The position numbers were made by a program, and so were the translations under genes. The notes beneath the pieces are model-generated. The model was not told where the DNA came from. It saw only the letters and a list, made by a program, of their open reading frames with translations, and made no database searches. Below, piece after piece: positions 55,406 through 64,000 of a stretch of DNA of 64,000 nucleotides. Positions within the stretch are counted from its first letter, which is position 1. Each line of letters starts with the position of its first letter. This stretch comes from a bacterium (GTDB lineage Bacteria; Patescibacteriota; Microgenomatia; JAMCZE01). The stretch lies in assembly GCA_021836035.1 (NCBI GenBank), contig JAKBJL010000002.1:151282-215281 (forward strand), in the 5' to 3' direction.

Positions 55406-56368
55406 TTAGAGATATTTGGCAACATTCGCGTTGTGTTCCTGGAGGGTTTTGGCAAAATGGGTCACGCCGTTTTTATCCGATAAATAATAATAGTAGGGGG
55501 TTTTAGCGGGATAAATTACCGCTTTTATGGCAGCCAAACCAGGGTTGCAAATCGGCCCCGGCGGCAGACCCGGATAAAGATAAGTATTGTAGGGCGACCG
55601 AAATTGCAGGTCCTCGGTGGTTAATTCTTTCGGCCACCAGCCGTCACCCTGCGTTTTACCGATGGCGTATTGAACCGTCGCGTCAACCTGCAGCGCCATA
55701 TTTTCTTTCAACCTCTTTAGTAAAATATCGGCGATAATCGGCCGGTCCGCATCGTTTTTCCCCTCCCTTTCCACCAGGGACGCCAGGGTTAATAATTTCG
55801 TCAGGTCCAGATTCTCTTTGTTGGCATCTGATAGCATTTGGGGCGTCACTTTCTTGTTAAAGTTATCCTCAAACATTTTAATAATCTTTGAGGAATCCGA
55901 ATCGCGGGGAATCAGATAGGTATCGGGGAATAGTCGTCCTTCGCTGGCTTTAAAGACCGCGGGATCGGCAGATTGGCTGGCCAAAGCGCCGCTTCCCACC
56001 AATTCCGCAAAAATTTCCTCCGCCCGCCAGCCCTCCGGGATGGTTATCCAAACATCTAAAGTCCCGTGGGTTAAAGCGCTGGCTACCCCGTAAGCACTCA
56101 TCCCGGGTGATAAACGAAAATCCCCTGCCTGGATCTTCTTTTCTAAGCCTTGGAATTTAACCAGCAGAAAAAAAGCGACCTGGTCTTTAATCAATCCTTG
56201 CTCCTTCAGTTTATTGGCCAGATCACGAATCCCCACCCCCTTATCCACAACAAAAATCTTGGTTGTTTTATCCCCTGCTTTGACCGGCTGTAGCGAGAGA
56301 CTCCACCAAAAATACCCGAAGGCCAGCAACGCCACCAGGACAACTAAACCCACAAACACTCTTCTCAT
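55406..56368 (-). CDS. mltG: Endolytic murein transglycosylase MltG (YceG-like)
   Basis: N-terminal TM, then a YceG-like domain (...FPDTYLIPRDSDSSKII...LASLVEREGK...YNTYLYPGLPPGPICNPG). Start set at the internal Met to avoid overlap with the next ORF. Confidence 0.75.
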   Translation of the reverse strand: MRRVFVGLVVLVALLAFGYFWWSLSLQPVKAGDKTTKIFVVDKGVGIRDLANKLKEQGLIKDQVAFFLLVKFQGLEKKIQAGDFRLSPGMSAYGVASALTHGTLDVWITIPEGWRAEEIFAELVGSGALASQSADPAVFKASEGRLFPDTYLIPRDSDSSKIIKMFEDNFNKKVTPQMLSDANKENLDLTKLLTLASLVEREGKNDADRPIIADILLKRLKENMALQVDATVQYAIGKTQGDGWWPKELTTEDLQFRSPYNTYLYPGLPPGPICNPGLAAIKAVIYPAKTPYYYYLSDKNGVTHFAKTLQEHNANVAKYL

Positions 56369-56375
56369 AAAAAGA

Positions 56376-56576
56376 TTAAGCCTCGTCCAGTCTCCCCCGG
56401 CGGAACTTTTTTCCCGCCGTATCAAAAATATAGACTCGGCCGCACTTACAGGTGACTTTTTGACTCCCGTTCTGGAAGTCTTCCGTCCTCCCCCCCGAAA
56501 GGCTGGCGCCGCAACCGACGCACTTGCCCTGAGATAAGAGCCAGGCCTGAACCGGCGAAATAATATTTTTAAACAT
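56376..56576 (-). CDS. Small Cys4 zinc-ribbon protein (66 aa)
   Basis: CVGCGASL...CKCGRVYIF. Confidence 0.4.
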   Translation of the reverse strand: MFKNIISPVQAWLLSQGKCVGCGASLSGGRTEDFQNGSQKVTCKCGRVYIFDTAGKKFRRGRLDEA

Positions 56577-56613
56577 GCAATTTAGCCTTAAACTACGGCA
56601 GGTGGCTTTGAAT

Positions 56614-56970
56614 TTAAGATCTATTTGCTATTTGCTCTAAATATCTTTCTAAAATTACCGCTGCCGCCATAGCGTGTTGTTTCTTTTTATCTTTCTTTCC
56701 CAGGGCCTCTACTTCCCTGCTGGACAAGGTCTCATCGCTAAACTCTACCTCCAATCTTAACATCCCGGCAAGGTGATTGGCAAATTGTCTGGTTTTTTCC
56801 GCCATTCTTCCCTCTGAAATTCCGAAAATTAAAACCTCCGGTTCCAGACGCTTGACTTCGTCAGCAAGCATCTTTTTTTCCACTGCCCCCCAAGGTTCGG
56901 CGATATCTCCCTGGCTAACCGCTAAACCGCACCACCGCTCTCCGAAATCGACCGCGACGAACTTGGCCAT
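56614..56970 (-). CDS. ruvX: Putative pre-16S rRNA nuclease / Holliday-junction resolvase-like YqgF (RuvX)
   Basis: MAKFVAVDFGERWCGLAVSQ... and a C-terminal ...AAAVILERYL; typical YqgF size and motifs. Confidence 0.7.
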   Translation of the reverse strand: MAKFVAVDFGERWCGLAVSQGDIAEPWGAVEKKMLADEVKRLEPEVLIFGISEGRMAEKTRQFANHLAGMLRLEVEFSDETLSSREVEALGKKDKKKQHAMAAAVILERYLEQIANRS

Positions 56971-57747
56971 TTAATTATTTTGGGCAATCCGCGCCCGGAC
57001 AATTAATCTTTTCCAATAAGTCCCAGGCGGTACGCAGGTAACCAGGGCAATATAAGAGTCATCAAAACGCTGTTCTAAAATAGAATAATCATCGGGGTCA
57101 ACCGTCTGCATGTCAAAAACCAGGTATTTGTAAGCGACGCGGTCAGCAAAAATATAAATACTATCACCTTTGTCCAAAGTCGGTAACAGGGAAAATATCG
57201 TCGTATAATTTTTAGGATTATAAAACTGCGGCAGAGCGCTATGGCCAAAAATAATATTGGTACCGGGTATCCCCGGCAGACTGCTGGTTCCCCACCCGAT
57301 CAGGCTCTTTTTTAAATCTTCCCCGCCGAAAGTTACTTCCGCATTCTCAATACGCAATTTCGGAATCGAAAGATTATATGTTATTCCGGCCGACGTAGTA
57401 CTGTTTTGGGAAACCCCGGGATACCAATTACTGGCCCGCAAAAGGTTGTCGCTACTACCCTCCTGTACATTCATCGGCAAACCATTTTCTTCCGCGATCG
57501 CCGGTGAAGCAAAACGCGGTATGGGACTGGCAAAGCGGCTCTGGGGTTGTTTCGGGAGGTATATTATCTGCCATTCAATTAGGGGCCAAATCACATTGCC
57601 TAAAAGCAACACTCCCGCGGAAAACATAATCAGCGAAGCGCTAACCAATAGTGATCGGGGAATTTTCGGCAGAGCCGGAAAACTGACGGTAACAGCGGGA
57701 GCAGTTACCGGCCGACGTTTTAAATAAATGTAGACAAAACTGCCCAT
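56971..57747 (-). CDS. Sortase-family transpeptidase, membrane-anchored
   Basis: N-terminal TM LLVSASLIMFSAGVLLLGNVIW, catalytic His region NIIFGHSA, TLxTC-like motif IALVTCVP, conserved Arg LIVRAR. Confidence 0.7.
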   Translation of the reverse strand: MGSFVYIYLKRRPVTAPAVTVSFPALPKIPRSLLVSASLIMFSAGVLLLGNVIWPLIEWQIIYLPKQPQSRFASPIPRFASPAIAEENGLPMNVQEGSSDNLLRASNWYPGVSQNSTTSAGITYNLSIPKLRIENAEVTFGGEDLKKSLIGWGTSSLPGIPGTNIIFGHSALPQFYNPKNYTTIFSLLPTLDKGDSIYIFADRVAYKYLVFDMQTVDPDDYSILEQRFDDSYIALVTCVPPGTYWKRLIVRARIAQNN

Positions 57748-57773
57748 AAATTCAGTATATCAAAATATGACAT

Positions 57774-60032
57774 TTATCTGCTGATCACTTCAAGCGAAAT
57801 ATTGCGGGAGAGACGGGGAAGAACGGCAAAGCGGGAAAGGATTCCGGGGCTAAGGTTAATATCGCTATCCACCACTCCGGTTAGACTCTTAAGATAGCTT
57901 GCGGCTTGCGTAAAATTCTTTCCTGCCAAGTTTTGGATAGTTTTTCCCTTATCAATCTTCGGCAGCAACCCGGCTTTAAAATGGACGGTTAGGGTAAAAC
58001 CGCCGTCTTGATTTTTACCGGTGTTGATAATATCTACCGTGCTTAACTGCGGATCAAGCTCATATCCTTCCGGGATGCTTCCCGACGCGTTTTTACCCAT
58101 GAGTGCAATTAAACCGCTTTGGTCAAAAAGAATTCCGGTGCAATGCTCGGTGGCTGAGAGCGTAAGATTTTCAGCCTCTGTATCCACCTCCTTATCAAAT
58201 TTTTTCTGGGTAAGAGAGCAGGATACCGCTTTATCCACTAAATTTTGCGAGGCGGATAGTTTAGAACGCAGTGTTTTGGTGGCTTTATCCGCAAGTTCTG
58301 CCGAAAGGGTGGCCGATAACCGATCCTGATCCAGTTTAGTGACCACATCAGCCTGGTGGCTGCTGCCGCCGGAAAAGGCAGTATCATTTTTCCCTTCATA
58401 AGAAATGCTGGGAAAATCGGCAATGGCGAAAATCGTATTGGCCGGTAAATTATAGCTGTCCCCGATTCCGGAAGCGGTAACATTGACGCTGGCTGTGGGT
58501 GTTTGAGAAACCGCACCCGCTTTGGACGCGATATCGACACTGCCGTCCAGAGTGAATTTAAGACCGTTGGCGCTGGCAACCGTTCCTGAGGAAAAAGTTC
58601 TCGCTACGGTAGCGTTACCATAAATTGTCAGCGAACCTTTGGCTTTTTCGCCTACTAATTTTTTGCCGGTAACCACCCCTTTTTTAGACCCCCGTTCATC
58701 GGTTTCAATTAACGTTCCCGGAACCTGGTTGTCCCCGGTTGCTTCTCCGGAGGTGACGACAAGAACCTCCTGATTCGAAGGTTCTAAAACCTGCGGATCA
58801 ACATAAACCGTCACCTTGGCTTTAGTCATAAAACCGGTCGCCGCCCAAACACCGCCTACCCCTAAGAGAACCGCCGCCAAAACAATTAACAGCACCACAA
58901 AAACGCCGCGACCCAAAGCCAGCCGCGGTAACTTCAGGGATCGGAAAAGAGGAGCGATTTTGCTACCCAGCGCGGGAAATCTAATTGCGGGCTTGGAAGG
59001 TGCCTGTATCTCCGCCGATATATTCTCCGGTGGAAAATTCCCGCTTTCCCCGGCAGGTTCCGCAGTTGTAGTCTTTTCCTGGTCTGCGCTCTGTTCCGTA
59101 ACCGCCGGCGGAATATTCTGCGCCACATCCCGTTCTTTAAAAAAACCCACATCGCCCGCTTCCGCGCCTTCCGCCGCCGGAACCGCGTTTGCAACAGCTA
59201 CCGGAACCTCCGCACCCGCCGGTGCCTCTGCTTCTTTTGGCGCCGCAGGTAAAGCCTCGATTTTCCCGCCCATTTCCGTTCCTCCGGCAATCGCGACAGC
59301 CCGCACTCCGCTTTCGCCTTCTATCACCTCCACCTTCGGATAATGTAAAAAGGGCAGCCGCTGGGTCCAGGGATAAGATAAAATCTCTTCCTTCAATTTT
59401 TCTAAATCCAGCGATCCGTCATAAATGAGAATCCGCGAGGGTAAAATTTCCACCCCGATAAATTTTTTGAGAGCTTGCTCTACCAGCTCATTAATCCCGA
59501 TACTTTCCTGGGTTTGCTCCGTTTCCGTCTGAATCACCTTCCCGGCTCTCACCAGCGTCACTGAAAGATTCTCCCCGTCCATGCCGATAAGAATTGCCGT
59601 TAAAGGCACTGTCTCCGTTTGGTGGTAGTAATTGGCAATCGCTTCCGGCAAGACCACAAAACCTAAGGGGGTTAATTCTAACTCTTTACTCAAATTGCGC
59701 AGCTTCAAAAGATAAGGATCTTTAATTTTCCCCCCTTCCGCCCAATTGGGAGGAATGCCAAAAAGGACTTCTTTCGGTTCCGGACTTATGCCTTCAGTAA
59801 CATGCGAAACGACTTTATCGCAAGCCAAGAGCAGTTGCTCCGGATTCCCGGAAGGCAAATCGGTGCTGTCCACTTTGCCGATTTCCACATTACCGTCGGT
59901 GATTTGCCAGGAAGTACTGCTGACGAACTGGGAAGAAACGCGGAGAGCAATAAAATATTTGACGGGTTCCGCTTCCTTGCGAAAACCTTTCAAAATGCCT
60001 TGCAGGGCAGCCGGCAGTGCCATCAAGGACAT
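57774..60032 (-). CDS. Large hypothetical bitopic protein (752 aa): ~290-aa cytoplasmic N-domain, Ala/Pro/Glu-rich linker, single TM, ~370-aa extracellular domain
   Basis: TM GVFVVLLIVLAAVLLGVGGVWAA in mid-protein; no LPXTG-like C-terminus; immediately upstream of the sortase gene. Confidence 0.5.
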   Translation of the reverse strand: MSLMALPAALQGILKGFRKEAEPVKYFIALRVSSQFVSSTSWQITDGNVEIGKVDSTDLPSGNPEQLLLACDKVVSHVTEGISPEPKEVLFGIPPNWAEGGKIKDPYLLKLRNLSKELELTPLGFVVLPEAIANYYHQTETVPLTAILIGMDGENLSVTLVRAGKVIQTETEQTQESIGINELVEQALKKFIGVEILPSRILIYDGSLDLEKLKEEILSYPWTQRLPFLHYPKVEVIEGESGVRAVAIAGGTEMGGKIEALPAAPKEAEAPAGAEVPVAVANAVPAAEGAEAGDVGFFKERDVAQNIPPAVTEQSADQEKTTTAEPAGESGNFPPENISAEIQAPSKPAIRFPALGSKIAPLFRSLKLPRLALGRGVFVVLLIVLAAVLLGVGGVWAATGFMTKAKVTVYVDPQVLEPSNQEVLVVTSGEATGDNQVPGTLIETDERGSKKGVVTGKKLVGEKAKGSLTIYGNATVARTFSSGTVASANGLKFTLDGSVDIASKAGAVSQTPTASVNVTASGIGDSYNLPANTIFAIADFPSISYEGKNDTAFSGGSSHQADVVTKLDQDRLSATLSAELADKATKTLRSKLSASQNLVDKAVSCSLTQKKFDKEVDTEAENLTLSATEHCTGILFDQSGLIALMGKNASGSIPEGYELDPQLSTVDIINTGKNQDGGFTLTVHFKAGLLPKIDKGKTIQNLAGKNFTQAASYLKSLTGVVDSDINLSPGILSRFAVLPRLSRNISLEVISR

Positions 60033-60068
60033 GATAGCCCAGCCACATTAATTTAGCAAGATTATCCG

Positions 60069-61907
60069 CTATATTAATCTGGCGTAAATTCTGCGGATAC
60101 CGGCCCCCGCTGATTCCTCTTTAAAAATTTCCACCTGCCCCAGCTCTTTAGTGTTTTTTACATGGGGGCCGCCGCAAATCTCCCTGGAAAAGGGAGACCC
60201 TGAGCCTGTCGAAGGATCGCCAAAACTGAACACGGTTACTTTTTCCGGATATCTTTCCTTAAAAAATGCCAGAGCTCCGCTCCTAATCGCCTCTTCGTAA
60301 GTCATGGTCTCGACTACTTGCGGTAAGCCATTAGCTATTTGCTCATTAACTAAATCTTCCACCTTTTTTATCTGTTCCTCGGTCATTTTTCCGGGATGCG
60401 AAAAATCAAACCTTAATCTTTCTGCAGTAATGTTCGAGCCCTGCTGATGCACATGTTTTCCTAAAACCTGTCGCAATGCTGCCTGCAATAAATGCGTCGC
60501 TGTATGATATTTTGTCGCTTGCTCCGACCGGTCCGCTAGGCCACCCCGGAATTTCCCCTGACTACCGGACCTTGACTGCTCCTGATGCTTTTGTACTTCC
60601 TTTGCAAACTCCGCTTTCCCCGCAACGGAAAGACCTTTATTTTGCGCTTCTTCCCGGGTAATTTCGTAAGGGAAACCGAAAGACTCATAAAGACGGAAGG
60701 CTTCAGAAGCGGAAATCTTTCCTTTTGGGGCAATTTTTTCCAATTCCCGAAGCCCGTTTGCCAAGGTTTGCTGAAATTTCCTTTCCTCGTTGATAAGCGC
60801 GTCAACAATAGTTTTCTTTTCTTTTAAGACTTCCGGGTAAACCCCTCCGTAAACGGTAAATACGGCGTCGGAAACCGGCTCTATAAAACTTTCCGTAATA
60901 TTTAAGTAACGGCTGAAACGAATTGCCCGGCGAATTAATCGCCGCAGAATATAGCCGCGATCTTTATTAGAAGTCTGTACTCCCGCCGAAATCAGAAAAA
61001 CGGCAGCTTTAATATGGTCGGCAATAATGCGGAAATTCCGATCTGCCAAACTCTCCTGCCCGTACTGTAAATCGGAGGCCAGTTCAATACTTTTAATAAT
61101 CGGAATATAGACATCAGTTTTAAACTGATCCGGTTCATTAAGTATCGCTGCCAGCGTTCTTTCAATACCTCCGCCGAAATCAACATTTTTCTGGGGCAAG
61201 TCCTTAAAACTTCCGTCTTCCTGCTTTTGGTACTGGATAAAAACGGAGTTGCCGATTTCCAGGAACCGGCCGCAGCCGCAAGCCGGATGACACCGCTTTC
61301 CGTATTTAGGGTCATGCGGAATTTGAGTAAATTCATAATAAACTTCGCTATCCGGCCCTCCGATTTCTCCAGCCGGCATTTGTTCCGGGGTTCCGGAGCG
61401 GGACCACCAATTATGTTCTGCGCTGTAAAAATGGATATGGTCGTCGGCAATTCCCAAAGATTTCCAGATCCGGGAAGATTCCCCGTCTTCAGGAATATTT
61501 TTATATCCGGCAAAACAGGAGATATATAATTTTCCCTTTTCCAGACCTAATACTTCCGTTAAAAACTCGTAATACCAGGTAAGTTGTTCTTTCTTAAAAT
61601 AATCACCGAGCGACCAATTGCCCATCATTTCAAAATAAGTATCATGACGGTTATCACCCACTTCGTCGATATCCTGTCCCCGAAAACATTTCTGAATATC
61701 GACGAGCCTCCTTCCTGAAGGGTTAGGGGTCCCTAATAAATAGGGAATCAGCGGCTGCATTCCCGAACCGGTAAATAGCGTGCTGGGATCGTTTTCCGGA
61801 ATCAAAGATGCCGACGGAATGGCCGTGTGGCGGCGCGGCTTCTCCTGCCAAAACCGGAAAAACTTTTCCCGAAGCTCCAAATGGGTCATGAGGAAATTAT
61901 ATGACAA
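60069..61907 (-). CDS. alaS: Alanine--tRNA ligase, short form lacking the C-terminal C-Ala domain (612 aa)
   Basis: Catalytic core FTGSGMQPLIPY...WSLGDYFK, editing-domain HxxxH (HTATHLLQAALRQVLGKHVHQQGS) and CGGPHV near the C-terminus. Confidence 0.85.
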   Translation of the reverse strand: MSYNFLMTHLELREKFFRFWQEKPRRHTAIPSASLIPENDPSTLFTGSGMQPLIPYLLGTPNPSGRRLVDIQKCFRGQDIDEVGDNRHDTYFEMMGNWSLGDYFKKEQLTWYYEFLTEVLGLEKGKLYISCFAGYKNIPEDGESSRIWKSLGIADDHIHFYSAEHNWWSRSGTPEQMPAGEIGGPDSEVYYEFTQIPHDPKYGKRCHPACGCGRFLEIGNSVFIQYQKQEDGSFKDLPQKNVDFGGGIERTLAAILNEPDQFKTDVYIPIIKSIELASDLQYGQESLADRNFRIIADHIKAAVFLISAGVQTSNKDRGYILRRLIRRAIRFSRYLNITESFIEPVSDAVFTVYGGVYPEVLKEKKTIVDALINEERKFQQTLANGLRELEKIAPKGKISASEAFRLYESFGFPYEITREEAQNKGLSVAGKAEFAKEVQKHQEQSRSGSQGKFRGGLADRSEQATKYHTATHLLQAALRQVLGKHVHQQGSNITAERLRFDFSHPGKMTEEQIKKVEDLVNEQIANGLPQVVETMTYEEAIRSGALAFFKERYPEKVTVFSFGDPSTGSGSPFSREICGGPHVKNTKELGQVEIFKEESAGAGIRRIYARLI

Positions 61908-61960
61908 ACATCTTGAATTTACACGAATTGCTTACGAATTTACGCGAAGAGATAAGTTAT

Positions 61961-62341
61961 TTAGAGTTTCTTTCCCGACCTGAGGAAACGACGGGGTTTA
62001 GATACCTCCTGGATTTTCTCACCCAGGGACTCAACTGCAGCGCCCAAATTATTGACTTTTTCTTTAACGGTTATGCTCGCTTCGTCGCTCATACCTGATA
62101 CCTCTTCCTTTATTTTTGCCACTTGCTCGGCAATACTCTCATATTGTTCATCCAAATTTTCCTTCGTATCCTCTAAGACATCATCCAGTTTCGTAAAAAA
62201 TTCCGGATAATTTTCCCGAAAATCCCGGCGCAGTTTTTTCCCCTTTTCTGTCCCGAACAAAAGAGTTGCTCCAGCCCCAATCGCGGCTCCCGCCAAAAAT
62301 CCTAAGACTATACCGCTGGAATGTTTATTATTCTGGCACAT
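61961..62341 (-). CDS. YtxH-like membrane-associated protein
   Basis: GIVLGFLAGAAIGAGATLLFGTEKGKKLRRD matches the YtxH motif, then a coiled-coil tail. Confidence 0.55.
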   Translation of the reverse strand: MCQNNKHSSGIVLGFLAGAAIGAGATLLFGTEKGKKLRRDFRENYPEFFTKLDDVLEDTKENLDEQYESIAEQVAKIKEEVSGMSDEASITVKEKVNNLGAAVESLGEKIQEVSKPRRFLRSGKKL

Positions 62342-62360
62342 ATTTTATCGATTTATTGAA

Positions 62361-62633
62361 TTACTGGTTCGCTGTTTTACCCTCCTCATCCTTTTTAAAG
62401 AATTTCATTAATGCCGCGCCGCCTTTAATCCCTAAAAGCATGGAAGAAAACATATTCGCCGGTTTACTGACCGCTTCGGAAATGACTCCGGTATCATCCA
62501 AAACTTTATTTATTTTCCTGACGGTATTGCGGAACTCTTTAAGTATATAAAAGACCTGCACGCCGATCAAAGTCAGCATGACCGTCAGGGAGATAATCAC
62601 CATCGCCAGGAGTGCCTGGGTAATGTCAATCAT
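62361..62633 (-). CDS. DUF948-like small membrane protein
   Basis: N-terminal TM MIDITQALLAMVIISLTVMLTLIGVQVFYIL followed by an amphipathic region. Confidence 0.45.
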   Translation of the reverse strand: MIDITQALLAMVIISLTVMLTLIGVQVFYILKEFRNTVRKINKVLDDTGVISEAVSKPANMFSSMLLGIKGGAALMKFFKKDEEGKTANQ

Positions 62634-62707
62634 AGGGCAGGAAAGTAAAATCGGCTACTCAGTAAAACAGTAACCCAATAAAGTATAGAATACAACTATC
62701 ATATTTG

Positions 62708-63337
62708 CTACTGTTCGAGTCGTACATGGCGGATAACCTTCGCCTCTTTTTTGAACTTATTTTCCGAGACAATGGTAAATACGTTCAGGCCGGCGTTGAC
62801 CGGAATTTTTACCTGAAAATTGCCGCTTTCATCTAAGGAAACCTGCTGGTCATTAATATTTAATGTCGAAGACGGGTCGGTTTTTCCCGAAACTTCGACG
62901 GGGGATTCGGTAACAACACTATAATCCTTAGGCTGATCAACCGTTAAATACGGCGCTCCGGTAAACATCAAATATTGTCCGAGAAGATAGGCAAAAAAAA
63001 GGATCAATAAAGCGCCCACGCCGATGACCATGAGAAGCCGCGGGGTAAAAGTCAGTTTGGGCGGCAGGGGAACAGTCGCCGTCGGCAAAACCGGTTGTTT
63101 CTCCACGTTCACCTCCCGCCGGTAAAAAGCCAGCATCTCTTCCGGCGGCAGTCCCAGAAAAACAGCATAGTTTTTAATAAAACCGCGGATAAAAGTTTGC
63201 GGCGGCAGGAGATTGTATTGCCCCTCCTCTAAGGCTTCCAGAAATTTTTTCCGGATTTTAGTCGACTTTTCCACGTCCGCCAAGCTCAGCTTTCTTTCCG
63301 TTCTTCTCCTTTTTAACATTTCGCCGACGGTTGTCAT
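62708..63337 (-). CDS. rodZ: RodZ-like cytoskeleton/shape protein (HTH_XRE, TM, extracytoplasmic domain)
   Basis: N-terminal HTH VGEMLKRRRTERKLSLADVEKSTKIRKKFLEALEEGQYNLLP...IRGFIKNYAVFLGL, and TM LLMVIGVGALLILFFAYLLG. Confidence 0.65.
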   Translation of the reverse strand: MTTVGEMLKRRRTERKLSLADVEKSTKIRKKFLEALEEGQYNLLPPQTFIRGFIKNYAVFLGLPPEEMLAFYRREVNVEKQPVLPTATVPLPPKLTFTPRLLMVIGVGALLILFFAYLLGQYLMFTGAPYLTVDQPKDYSVVTESPVEVSGKTDPSSTLNINDQQVSLDESGNFQVKIPVNAGLNVFTIVSENKFKKEAKVIRHVRLEQ

Positions 63338-63457
63338 AAATTTAAGAGGCAGTATAAATTCAAAATACGAATATCAAAATCCGAAACAAATTCAAATGAC
63401 AGAAATTCTAATGTTTAAAACATTGGAGAATTTGGATTTAGATCATTGTTTCGAATT

Positions 63458-64000
63458 CTATTGTGTTTGTCCCTCTCCTCGGATTCTGTTGGCAAAATAT
63501 TCTTCGGCGTTTCTAACCAACACATCCCGCGGCTTACTGCCTTCCCCGGGTCCGACAATTCCCATTTCCTGCAGCTGATCCAAAATCCGGGCCGCCCGCG
63601 CGTATCCTACAGAAAGTTTTCTCTGTAAAAGCGAAGCCGACGCCCGATCAAACTGACAAACGACCTTAATCGCTTCGTCCACCAACTGTTCATCTTTTCC
63701 GCCTCCCGATTGCCCCAAAGCCCCCGGACCTTTATAGGAAAGGGGCATATTGGTAACTTCGTCGGTGTAATTAACGGGAATACCTTTCGCTTTGAAAAAG
63801 CCCACCAGGCGGTTTACTTCCTGTTCGGAAACCAAAGCTCCCTGAATCCGTGAGGGTTTACTTTGGTCCGGCGGAATATACAACATATCACCTCGCCCCA
63901 GTAATTTTTCCGCTCCCGGCATATCAATAATTACCCGGGAATCCACCATCGAAGTGACATTAAAGGCAATCCGGCAGGGAATATTCGCTTTAATAAGGCC
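63458..64000 (-). CDS. ftsK: DNA translocase FtsK/SpoIIIE, C-terminal end (motor tail plus gamma winged-helix domain); 5' part beyond the window
   Basis: Gamma-domain signature DEAIKVVCQFDRASASLLQRKLSVGYARAARILDQLQEMGIVGPGEGSKPRDVL. The frame stays open to the window end. Confidence 0.8.
   Translation of the reverse strand, partial: GLIKANIPCRIAFNVTSMVDSRVIIDMPGAEKLLGRGDMLYIPPDQSKPSRIQGALVSEQEVNRLVGFFKAKGIPVNYTDEVTNMPLSYKGPGALGQSGGGKDEQLVDEAIKVVCQFDRASASLLQRKLSVGYARAARILDQLQEMGIVGPGEGSKPRDVLVRNAEEYFANRIRGEGQTQ

Noticed and set aside
58816-59428. Plus-strand ORFs 58816-59343 and 59189-59428 (Ala/Pro-rich)
   Set aside because: Antisense to the Ala/Pro/Glu-rich linker of the 752-aa bitopic protein.

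Overview
The window reads as a compact, gene-dense bacterial chromosome segment, almost entirely minus-strand, from a small-genome Gram-positive-like organism. The hallmarks are those of Candidate Phyla Radiation/Patescibacteria: no L30 gene between rpsE and rplO, a 100-aa mini-TsaB, a short AlaRS, zinc-type S14, many secreted proteins with Pro/Thr-rich linkers, sortase, RodZ and YtxH. Standard genetic code with RF2 present. This assignment is inference from sequence alone.

The core (33.0-55.3 kb) is a conserved translation/transcription superoperon: rpoB-rpoC-rpsL-rpsG-[1.3 kb insertion]-fusA-tuf-rpsJ-[~380 nt spacer]-rplC-rplD-rplW-rplB-rpsS-rplV-rpsC-rplP-rpmC-rpsQ-rplN-rplX-rplE-rpsN(Z)-rpsH-rplF-rplR-rpsE-rplO. 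It ends at rplO with no secY, adk or map following. Other housekeeping genes are tsaB/tsaE, ftsE-ftsX with a coiled-coil C39-like peptidase, prfB, mltG, ruvX, alaS, rodZ, and the ftsK 3' end.

The accessory content is:
- a partial giant surface protein at 1-2006;
- a repeat-flanked small-ORF module at 2.8-3.9 kb;
- a snapalysin-like metzincin;
- two paralogous Asn/Gly/Thr-rich tandem-repeat surface proteins at 5.1-8.7 kb;
- three tandem paralogous secreted beta-helix (DUF1565-like) proteins with a shared dockerin-like C-terminal module, inserted between tsaB and tsaE;
- a beta-glycan module at 25.1-32.0 kb: PMT/GT39-like, processive GT2 with QxxRW, GH8, and a divergent GH5 with tandem CBM-like modules;
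- a sortase next to a large bitopic protein.

Two single-base frameshifts in homopolymers interrupt the 2111-2829 secreted protein and essential rplD; these are more likely assembly errors than biology. No tRNA, rRNA or CRISPR could be recognised.
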